A stretch of DNA of 56,367 bases, the filler included, from Sphacelaria rigidula (Eukaryota), in NCBI GenBank assembly GCA_964200075.2. It is 5 parts of 5 records of this genome, joined end to end, with 100 filler letters (N's around TTAATTAATTAA, not from the genome) between each part and the next. Parts side by side here need not be neighbours in the genome. Positions count along the whole stretch, not along the records: positions 33,883 to 45,075 come from CAXNAA020005263.1; positions 45,176 to 56,367 come from CAXNAA020005264.1; 3 more parts are not named here. The stretch is one strand, 5' to 3'. Under the pieces are notes generated by a model. The model searched no databases and was not told the DNA's origin. It saw only the letters and a program-made list of their open reading frames with translations. This document shows, piece after piece, positions 37,520-48,600 of the stretch. Numbering within the stretch: the first letter of the stretch is position 1; each line of letters starts with the position of its first letter. Made by a program: the position numbers and the translations under genes.

Positions 37520-38320
37520 CAAGGCCTGTCTCAGCACTTCTTTTCCGATCGTAAAGATGGGGCCGTGGCATCGATTTGAGCGAAATTTTCTCGTTTTGAT
37601 GCAGTTGGGTCCAGATGGATTTTCAAGCATTCGATCGAAAAAAAACAGTGAAATTCGTGAAACGGTACATGGTCACTCGTCTACAGTACACACAGTCTGT
37701 ACTATCTGCACTGCTTGCAAGCAGGGTGTCTTGAGTGCGTGTGTACGTGTTTCGTGCAGGAGGATATATAGGAGGAGCGGGCAACGTGCAGTACAGGCAA
37801 CCCAGGACTACCAGTTCTCTCTGCTCACAATGCGACGTGAAGAGGACTTCAGCAACGTGCAGCTTTGTGCTGCCTGCACTGTCCATGAGCGTGAACGCAA
37901 CTCGGTTGCCCACCGTACGGCACGCAGTTCCGTCGCTGATGTCCACCATGAGAGAAGATGCGCAGGTTTTCGCCCACAAAAAATAAACAAAGCACACCCG
38001 ACTACTGCAGTGTATATATCGCTGTGCTCAACTCGTGCTGAATGCTCCAGGGTTGCGGTGGTAGCTGAGAATGAGTCGGATGGAGTTTGCATGGTGGTCT
38101 GTAAGATAGGAGTCAAGTGCCGCTTCGTGCCTTTCGACCGCATGTTTTCGATCGAAAACGATTGTTTTTAATCTCGAGTAATTCTTCTCCGCGCGCCGTT
38201 AATTATGAATTTGATTGGAAGCCCTCTAGGAACATAGATGCGGAGGGCCTATCAGATCGGCAAAAAAAAAAAACACCGCACTTTTTTTATCGAAAAAAAA
38301 AAGTGCCAAGACACGGCCTC
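37520..38320. mobile_element. Longer family-F-type element with internal sequence
   Basis: Ends caaggcctgtctcagcac / gtgccaagacacggcct. Internal ~37975-38130 is an inverted copy of ~35240-35420. Confidence 0.55.
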
Positions 38321-38722
38321 ACCGTCTGCCTGCTCTTCGGCTTCATACACGAATACGCAGTACCACACTCATTCAGAAAGTGACAGTTTGTGTACAGAAC
38401 TGCTTTCCAAACCTATGATACTGTTGTTGTTTGTCTGTACCATAAAACGGTCCCCCCGATTTTGAGTTCGCGAATTCGAGTTCTCCCGATTTTTTCAAAA
38501 TCCGTGTCTAAAAAAAATGAGATTCATCACCATAAAAGTTGGTCTTAGAATCTCCCGCGGGAAACTTCGAAACACACATGGTTCAATTGGTGAGTTTCCC
38601 AGCTGCTCTGCGGACAGACAACCCCCCGCCTCAAAAACCACCCCTCTCGCCCCCAGAAAACCCCCCAATGTCTCCGGACTGTCAGCCTGTGAAACTGTTC
38701 CGAGGCGACGTTCGCTGCAGTA

Positions 38723-39048
38723 GAGTTTACCAGTTGGGATGGTGAGAAACTTCTCAGATAGTTCGACTTGATATTAGTGTGAGCAGCGAAAATCCGGATC
38801 TTTATTGGGGCTATGCTCGAAGCGTGCTCCTAGCTGGCGCAGAACGCGTTTTGGTCAAAACCGGCGCCTGGGGCGCCGATTTGAGGTCTGGCAACGCACC
38901 CTTTGCCTTCTTAATACTCCCCACCCCCTTGCCCGAGGGTTCACGGTGTGCCTTCGTTGGGGTTAGGGTTAGGGTCAGTGTTGGTGTTAAAGTTTGTTCG
39001 AAGTAGTAAGTTTCTGAGAAATTTCTCACCATCCCAAGTGGTAAACTG
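38723..39048. mobile_element. MITE with ~36-bp TIRs
   Basis: agtttaccagttgggatggtgagaaacttctcaga / tctgagaaatttctcaccatcccaagtggtaaact. Confidence 0.8.
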
Positions 39049-42000
39049 ACCTCGCTCGTTGTCCAAGGGTTAAACTCCGATGCGGTCCAACAGGCACGGG
39101 GTCCGCTCACGCAGTACAGACATCTCTATCGAGACAAACAAAATAATGAGGAAGCTATTTTGAAATAATTTTGATGAGATGATGAGGACGGAGGAACAAT
39201 CCGATGATAATGCGAAAGGGAACGTACAGTAGTGGTCGCTACACGTGGTCTGTTAGTCACTCTCCTTCTCATATTTCACAATGTTCTCGTTTTTTTGTCC
39301 GTTGTGGGATACTCGTCCCAGTTCGACGGGGCCTAAACCGAAGATGGAAGGGAACAGTGCCGAAAGGCTCAACCCATTTCATAAGTACTTAGGCACGGTG
39401 CGTACTAAGGGTTCCCTGGGTTTTCAGAACATTTGAACTACCGGCGACTCCAGGGTAAACAGGGTATCGAGTGCCAAAAATGCTCAGAGTACAGGGTTAC
39501 TCAGGGTACAGTGCCGGCCCGCTCATAAGAAGTAGCTATTAATATTTTGAGCCAGGCTCAAAACCATACTTTGGCAGCCGATATGGGCGTCATTTCATTT
39601 TTCATCCGCTCTCATGTCTGACCGAGAAATGGCACCTATTCCTCATTTTGGCCATTTATTTTTCCCAGCTCAGCATTTTTTTCATGTTTTCCAGTCACCT
39701 GCTATTGTTCATACACACGAACTTTCGTTGCCCGATACTGATCGATTTCCTGCCGCTCCTATTCTCATTATTATGTCCTATATTTCGAGCTCAATTTTTT
39801 ACAGCGAATTTCTTACTTTTTCGAAATTCTGAGGCTCAATTTCTCACGAAGATGTTTCTTATGAGCGGTCTGGCACCGTATTGCTGCTATAATCGAAAAT
39901 AGCAAGGTTGTGTTCTGTAGGGTTTACCGACTTGCAGTATGCTACTTACAAAAGTATAATCAGGAAGGGTTATATCGGGGATTACCCTTCCGCACCATTC
40001 CGGAGTGTTCGGAATAGGGCTCGATACCTTGGCGAACCATCGCGGAATGTCCACCGAATATCCCCGTATCGTATCGTATGCGAACCGAGAAAATCCCTCA
40101 CTTCCGGGTATGTATGTGCAGTATGTCGCACACAGCATCAGATGCCCAGTACGAATGTAACGCGCGAATATCGGAACGGTTTTTTAATGCGAAGACAACA
40201 ACAACGATAAGAACACAACCTTGGAAAATACTCTGTATTCCAGGGTGCCCATGGTACAATATATGTAGCATCAACAACCAGACCACTTAGTGTACTCCAG
40301 AGTACACATGTTGTCGACACCCCCAAATACCCCCTACCTTGTACCCCTACTCGTATTTTACCCTAAGGCCGTGTCTTATCGAGACAAAAAAAAGAGGCGG
40401 GAAGAGGAGCAAGCGTCAAGAGCAGCATATTGATTAGTCGCCGCAACCATAGACCTGCCCGCCGATAATCAAAATGCTGTTTTTGGTCGCTTGTTTCCTT
40501 TCTCGCTTCTTTCTTTTTAATTTCGACGAGATACGGCCCAAGCGCGTTGACGGCGCAGCGAGGGTGATGACAGTCCGATCGCGCCCTACCCTTCCTACTA
40601 AGATGCTGAGATATTGCTTTCAGATACGTGTGGTCAGCAGCCAGGACTTGCCGCGATGGAGTGCGTGTGGCAGCCTTTTCCGTGGTAGCTGTACACGCAG
40701 GCGAGACCCCGTGGATAACTGTGTCGCCAAAGATATAAGGGCCAGTGGCATAGATTCTCACAGACACGGCGTTTTACCGTCACGCGAGAGGTAACAAATG
40801 TTAACGTTCAGTGAGAGGTGGTGTGGCGGTGAGTACAAGTAATCCGGCGTCGTACGTACTCGCCGCATGTAATAAGTAGTGACTATGTCTCCCGTGCATA
40901 TGCCCGCATCTACCTCGTTACTCCGTTCTCCTCATCATATTTCTTGCACATGTATACTACTGAGCGCGGTAATGTAGATGACTTGCAGAATGATACGAGT
41001 ATTAGACCGCGAGGGTAGTACTCATCATCGGGGATCATGAATATGCATGATTTTTTCGAGTCAAAATGATGCCGATTCAACAGATGACCCACTTTCGCCG
41101 TCTAAAAGGGGGGCAACACGAGTGCACGATCATGATTGCAGACCACCGCGCGGCAGATCGATTCCACGATTCTGGTGCATCCGAATGAGAGGACAACATT
41201 TTGTCCTGCGACTGTGATCGTCCACAGAATGCATACCGTCTGTATCACGCACTTTCCAGGACAGGGGCGCGGGTGTTGAGATTAACGATGAGCTATAATC
41301 GCATCGCCCTGGGTAAAGCAAAGTCAACGGAGAAATGTGCGAATAGAGATTACCTGCGGTATCACTATGCTACATTCGCGCTGGCTACCCGCTACGGAGA
41401 CCCAAATTCAAGAAGCCAGCACAGCATGCTGCGCCCTATCAAACGCTCGATGTTTTTCCGCCTTGCCCCCACAGGCGAGGGGTTTGCGAATTACAGTGAA
41501 GGTTCCAAATAGTTGAACGGTCACTGCTCGGCAAAGGAATACAGCACAAGCTCTGGATGGGTGCACACGATGCTGAGAATATACTACCCCTGAGCACAGC
41601 AGAGCTTGTAAATATTTAGCTGTACAATCAAGGCCCTCCCCATACACGTGCAACTGAGAACGTGACAGAGTTTCACCTGTTCTGGGCAGGGTGCAACATG
41701 CATGTGGCCCAGAATGTCAATTGTGCGCAGGAATGATTAACGACGGTGTATAACACCCCCCGGCGACAGGTTTTCCTTGGTAGATGATGCGATTCCCTGG
41801 AAACTCAAGGCGCTAGTGACACCAACGATGAAAACATCACGCTACAGAACTTATAGGAATATTTGAAAATTAGTGATTTTTCGACCGTGTAGGTGTTCTG
41901 TTCTCGAGAGCGCCGAAGCTGAAGAAAATCTCTGCGTACAACTGTTCTGTAGTATGTGTGATGATATGAAGATTTCAAGATTTGGCAAGATTCAGAGGAC

Positions 42001-43251
42001 AACAATTGCGACACTCCTCCGCAACATACGGTGCCGCATACCTGGCGATAGTAGACGCTGCCTCTCTGAACCTAGAGAGTTCATTTCCAGACGCTTTGCT
42101 GTACCAGGGCAATTTATCAAAGCACCATGGAGTAGAGCTTCCGCGCGGTGATGTGTGTAAAGTTCTTCAATTCTTGACTGAAGTTGTTGTCCCTGTTTTG
42201 TTTTGTATTATTTGTTTGTCATATTCGATTGAAGACGAGTAAATCCCGTTGGTCGTAGAGTAGATCCATGACCACATCATAACTAGACAACATCTGTGTG
42301 TACTGTTGTGCTGCGGAAAGATGGCGAGCTTTGACCGGACTGCCTCCGAGCGATTGAGACATGTAGTGCAGGTAAGTTACGCGGATATATCACAGCAGTA
42401 CGTATGGTATAATATGACCCATAGCAGTACAGATAGTCGCCTTCTGTGTCGTTCTTCCATGCAAGAAAGTTGATGTGTTTTCAGTTTCATCCAATTTTCA
42501 TTGTCGCATGGGCAGGATATTCAAGGCTGGGTGATGTTTGGGTGCTGTATGTCGACCAGCACCCATGACTACAGCCAACACCACTGTGATCTATGGTCTC
42601 TTACACAGCACCCTGTACCGTACAGTATGTACAGCATGTATAGTACTGGCCGTATCTTTTCTTCATCAGTCGTACCACACCGATCGCCTTGTTTTTATAT
42701 GACTGCATCGATCATCTGCACCCCAAAGTACATTAGTGCTGTAGCCACAGGTTACCCGTTCCTGAAACCGTTTCTCATGGCGGACAGTTTCATGGTGCCA
42801 TGCTGCGGATTACTTGCGTCCTACGAGTGCGTGGAATTTTCCCTCCATGTGGGCGAGTCCTTCGTAGCCTCTGATTTTTACCCCCCCGTATAACAACCAT
42901 CTACCCAGTACACCGTACCATACAGAACACTGTCGCTGGTTGCTGCCGAGTCACGTAAAGTGTGCGTCGCAGCGACCACACCGGACGGGGGTGTCGTCTG
43001 TAACGGTGTATATCACCCTGGGTGGTAAAAACAAATTCGATTTTTCCTCTCGTATGCGCGGCCCGCCTTGCGAAGAGATCCTACTTTTCGACGTATCTCG
43101 ACCAGATACCCCCAGCGATATAATTCCCGGCGACGTAGCCGTCGTAGCTCACGAGAAAACCGAGGTTGGATCTATATGTCACCCCGGGTGATATTCCCCG
43201 TTGGCTCGCACGAGCCAGTAGTACATCACGCGGCCGATATACCCCTCCATA

Positions 43252-43555
43252 CCGGTCGCCCCGGTGGCTCAGTTGGTAACCCCGAAACCTTCTGACGATT
43301 GGGTCGTGGGTTCAAATCTCGGCGCGATCTGGGATTTTTTCTCACGCCATGCCCAACAGTGGAAAGCGACTATGTCGTGGGTACACAAAATTCGAGTTAA
43401 CGGTCGACGAGAGAAAGGGACGGGTGCTAAAAACAACCAAAAAAAACTCCTGTGTTGACCTTCCTCCCGTGTGACCCCGGCTGATGCGCCCACATATACC
43501 AGAAGGTGTAGACCGGCGTCCAGTTAGATACGACGACAACACACACAACACTCAC
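43252..43555 (+). mobile_element. tRNA-derived SINE with internal deletion
   Basis: A box tggctcagttgg, B box ggttcaaatctc. About 50 nt of body missing relative to the 24265 copy. acacac tail. Confidence 0.88.
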
Positions 43556-44129
43556 ATGTGCGTACAATACTGTACTGTTGTAGTGCTTTGGCCACTCTTG
43601 ATGTGATTCCATGGATGCATACAGTAATATCAAGCCAATCGACGACGATCGTATGTAGAACACGCGCAAACATTTCTGGGGAGGACTACAAGTATGTGCT
43701 ATATATCTGCTGGACTGCCCTGCCTTGTACTGTTTTGTACTGAAATTCTGTTCGCGACCTACTATCTGCGCTGTGACGTGTACTATACGCTGATGGAAGC
43801 AGGGGCAATTTACTGATGCAGACGACGATGTTCCTGGATTGGCACGTGAGCACTCCAACATCGACTCCGCTGCGGAAAAGCAGCGGAAAAACAGGGAGGC
43901 TGTCTCTCTGTTCTTCAGTGACAGGAGTGCCCGTACCGATCGGTGAGAGAGATACCGCTGTCCTCGTGGATCTTCTTGCGCCACGAGCAAATGCACTGTG
44001 TTGTGTGCAACGCATGATGAGTGTCGGGATCGACCGCACGAGTGAATTTCATACCAGGGGATATGGATGAAACGCGAGGTGCTCGACATGTTACTCTTCG
44101 AAACAGCAAGATAGTTGCAAGCTAACCCG

Positions 44130-44130
<1 letters not shown>

Positions 44131-44166
<36 letters not shown>
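44131..44166. repeat. (TTG)12 microsatellite
   Basis: Directly visible in the sequence. Confidence 0.95.
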
Positions 44167-44167
<1 letters not shown>

Positions 44168-44643
44168 CTCCACAGTAAAAAACCGTTCCGATATCTGCGC
44201 AGTACTCTGTTCTGGGCATCTAATGCAGACGCCTTCCGTGGTCACAGGCCAACTACCCCATAAAAGTGGTTGGAAAAAAAGATCGGACCCGGAAAAAATT
44301 ATACAGACGTGGTACATTTTTTTTAACGAATAAAATTAAATTATGAAAAAAGAAAGGAAAAAAAAAGAAAGAGTAAGGAAAAAATCCTGTTAGCCTCCTT
44401 AGTCCCGATGCCGTATGCGACCATTCGGGCTACTGGAGGCAGGGCCCATTAGTCACTCAATACGCGAAGCCAACAGGAAGGGAGCCAAGTTCATTGACCA
44501 ATATCACCAACCATAGCGATAAGAATCGCACGGTTCTATCCTTGTACCTCTAGAGAGACAGCCATGTGTATGAATATACTAGGCACAAGAGGAAAAGCCC
44601 CAAATAACCAGGGTACTCCTCGGGAACGGTTTTTGACGCGGTA

Positions 44644-45075
44644 CTAGACCGGGCGGTACCGCAATATGACGGGAATTTTTANNNNNNNNNNGGGAGTTTC
44701 TAGGCGGTAGGCGGTTTCTCGTTTTTTGACGGTACCGCCTTCGGCGGTACACGGTAGTACCAAATATGGCGGTAAACCGCCGGCGGTAAAACGTACAACG
44801 CCGACAGAAAGTATACGAATACTGAACCAAAATACAATGCCAAAAAAAGAGAGAAAACGAAAAAAAAAGAAGAAAAAAAGCGACAGGTGAAGATCAAACT
44901 CAAGTTCTGTAAGTGTGCAGGGTTGCTGTTCAATCTGTTTGACTAACCGGCCGTGGTAATGCGCGACAAGGCGAACTTTGGAATACGGTCCCGGTAACAC
45001 TCTATTACGGCGGTACTATTACGGTGGAATTTTTTCGGCGGTATGCAATATGACGGGAATTGTTGAGCGGTCCCG
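44644..45075. repeat. Repeat rich in GGCGGTA/TACCG motifs (probable non-autonomous DNA transposon), containing a 10-N gap
   Basis: Many (g)cggta(c) units; gcaatatgacgggaatt occurs twice; N run at 44682-44691. Confidence 0.55.
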
Positions 45076-45175
45076 NNNNNNNNNNNNNNNNNNNNNNNNN
45101 NNNNNNNNNNNNNNNNNNNTTAATTAATTAANNNNNNNNNNNNNNNNNNNNNNNNNNNNNNNNNNNNNNNNNNNN
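45076..45175. other. Artificial scaffold linker
   Basis: N44-TTAATTAATTAA-N44. Confidence 0.98.
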
Positions 45176-45418
45176 CCCTTGGCCCCCCCCAGCAACACCC
45201 CCCCCCCCCCCCCCCCCCCCCCCCCCGTCCCCCCGTCCCAATGTTATTGGTGCCCAAATGTTGGAGGTGTCGCTATTAGGAGTCGGAACGGTGCTCCGTC
45301 TCGAAGGAGATGCGTGGTCAATGGTCAACTGACTAGGGCAAGCACCGAATGAGTGCGCCCCCCCTCTGATCCTCCTCATCCTGCCCTGCCCTCGTGCTCC
45401 CCTCCCCCAACTCTCAAG

Positions 45419-45603
45419 GTGATGATGAATGCGAGACTCAGGCGCCTCCTGGAGGAAGTCCTAGGGCTCACCGAAGAGCGAGAGAGGCACAAAGACAACG
45501 GAGTCGAGCACCATGGGCTCACGGTGGCCGACCTGGGTAAGCCTGAGCGTGCAGTGTTGGAGAGGATCCGGGCCATGGGCTTTCCCGCGGATGACGTTCT
45601 CAG
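45419..45603 (+). CDS. DEAH helicase exon (UBA-like: ERIRAMGFPADDV)
   Basis: caag| acceptor, |gtgatt donor; phase 2 joins the next exon. Confidence 0.75.
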
Positions 45604-48600
45604 GTGATTGGGGTGTCGGGTAGAGGTGTTCGGGTGGGGGTGTAAGGCTACGCTACAGTACACCTACGCTACAGTACACCTCTAGGGACAAAGTATCTAT
45701 ATAGACTAGCTACCGTATTGCAGGTTTACAAGTAATTTGACGAGCAATCAATAGAAATAACGAGTTTGCTACGTTGTGTGATTCGACTGGCTTGTGATTG
45801 TGGACAGACGTCGATGTATCTCTCGTGTCTTGTTGTCTTTTCCCAGTTCTGCCTTTTGAAATCTTTTGTCCAGCGCTCGAGTTCACGAAGCTCTTTTCTT
45901 TTTCGATGGTCTTCCGTTGTATCGATCCTATGGTGGTTTTCGTATCGCGGTCTGCACAACAACAACTTCTCCATTCCTTGATCGGTTCCGTCCGCAGAGC
46001 GATGGCGGCTTGTCCCAGCGTAGACGAAACATCCAAGAAGTCATCATCCTCTCCCGCCGCCGCCGTCTCCTCTTCCTCAACTACTCCCGCGGCGATCGCT
46101 CGCCGAGCGGACACGCTGTTGGAGTGGCTGTGCTTACACCTGGCGGAGCACGAGCTGCCCGAGGGCTTCGATCCTCGGGGCAAGATGCTGGACGTCATCC
46201 AACCAGGGAAAAACTTTTCAGAAACTGCCGTCACCAGTAGTGCTGCCGTAGAGTCTCCCACTATGCCTGCGGCAGCGACTGTTCCAACCACCACAACTGC
46301 TGCTGCTGCTGCTGCTGCTAATGGTAGTAGTATTAGTGACCCTCTTCAGCGACGTCTGCTCGAGTACGGGTTCAGACGAACAGAAGTGGCGAGTGCTCTC
46401 GAAAAAACCGCAACGATCCAGCAGACGCAGATAGTACAGACGCAGGAGCGATCGGTGTCTCAGCAGCAGTCGCAAGTCGGTACGGCGACAACTGCGGATC
46501 CGGCGATGTTGGGACCGTTGGGTGTTCTGGCGCAGGGGTTGCTTACGGAGGCCACCGTCGAGACGTCGGCGGGCGGTGGAGGGGCAGCGGAGGCGTCGGC
46601 GTTGCGGCGCGGAGAGGTTTCCCAGACGGAAGAAGAAGCTCTGGAAGCCACGAACGAAGAAGTGGAGTCACTCCAGGCTATCTACGCCGATGCTGTCGTG
46701 GTGTCCCAAAACATGCCGAAGGTGGGTTGAGGGGAGGGGGGGGGGGGATGACATTGTAAACGGTCATGCCGGTCAGGTGTTGCCGTTGTCAGGGTTGGTT
46801 TCGAACTTGAAAGTCGGAACTCGAGAATAATTGCTGGGTATGTTCATTATGGTGGTGGTGGTGGTGGTAGTTGGGGGCCGGGGGGAGTTCAAAGATCTCG
46901 GGGCTGGGTAGGGTATGGCAATGCATTGGCTTTTTGCTCTTCAATGCTAGAATCACGGGTGCTCGACGGGCTGGAGCTGTAGTACGTGTCTTTTCGGTCG
47001 TTGACAAGTGGATTTTTTTGTAGGAGACTTTTGCGGATGTTGAGAGAGGTTTTCAAGAGTAACGCTATGGATTGGGACGATTACACACGTCTTACGGCTC
47101 CTCCGACGGTCAGAGAGGTGCTGCTTGGGTAGCGATCGGCGTGTGAGACGTTCCGTTCTGGTGACTGTATCGTAAGATTCTTCTTGCTCACGGGTCGATT
47201 TCTTCACGAGGGGAACACGATCACGTTGCACAAGCCTTCACCTGTAGCTCTACCGCACCGTACCGATCACCAGCCCCACGCCACGCTGTACTACTACTGG
47301 TTCAATATATCAGAAGTGCTCTGCTGTATCCTACGCACGAAGATGCGCCCTTCCCTACACATCCTGCCGCTGCACCCGTACACAGGCAGCATACGGCGGC
47401 CGACGAATGTGATGCAGTGTTGAGTCACGTCCTCAAATCTTCCTTCTGGTTCTTGTGAAAGGCCGCCCTGTCGCCGTCCCTAGAACCGGGTGAAACGCAT
47501 GCTTTTGTTTTCCATGTTTTATCACCCCGTACTTGCCCCATACCGCCACGGCTATTGTACCCACGTTTTCATCGGACTTCAGCCGGGGATATCGGTAAGG
47601 GTGGCGGTCCCCCGCCGAAGGTGCTGGTCCCCTGTCCCTTCCTCGTTTGCGGTGTGTGTGTGTGTGTGTCACCTGTATTTCACGATTCATCAAGCCGTTT
47701 GGGTCCTTACGCGTAGGACTCGTTGTGCGATTTCCTCACGTGCTGAGTATTTTTGTACACAAAGTTCGTCTTGAGCTACTCCTCCAGACCAACTCGTCTA
47801 TCCAACGCCCCCATCCCATCTCAAAGCTTCGCCCGCCCCTTTCCCCCCATGCGCCGGCCATGTGTACCCCTTACACACCCGGATGACTCAACATGTCGTC
47901 GCCCCGGTGTGACTAACGTACCGCTGAAAATTCAAAACGACAAAAAACAAAAACATGCAGGGATCATACCTGCTCACATTTGACCTACGCACCCTCGCCT
48001 CCACGCCGACGGAGACGTGGCTCGACGTATGGATCCTTCGTGCCGGCAGCGGAGAGGGGGGCTACCCGGGAGAAGCGCCGCCGATCGCGCTCGTGCGGGA
48101 GGGAGGACGCAAGCCGGGGCCACCAGCGGCGGCTCGGCTGCGCGCCTCGCAGATGGCCTTGGCGCGCCGCGCCGCCTCCCTTGTTGGGGACGCCGCCGTG
48201 TATGATATCCTGGTGTGGGCTATAGAAGAGCTGCCGGGAATTTTAGCCAAGGAACCTGATAGGCAAATACCTCCTGCCGGCGGTAGTGGTGATGGCGGCG
48301 GCGATGTTGCTGGTATTAGTGCGTCCATTGAATCATGTACTATTTTCGGGTCCTCCGGTGGCGACATTGGCAGCAGCGATGCTGCGATACGAAGAGAACT
48401 CGTATCGGATTCCAAGGTTGACGGTGAGCCCAAGCCGCTACTCCGTTTGCCCGGTGCGTCCGATCCTCTATTCGTTTCGTCTTCCGCTCGAAGCGGGGGA
48501 GACGGCAGCGGCGGCGGCGGCGGCGGCGGCGGTAGTGGCAGCGACGGGGACAAATGGCGAAGATATACCGGTGCCGGCGGCGGCGGCAACGATGGGGATG

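Noticed and set aside
43427-44317. 296-aa ORF
   Set aside because: It runs through a (TTG)12 microsatellite and a SINE, with no recognisable domain.
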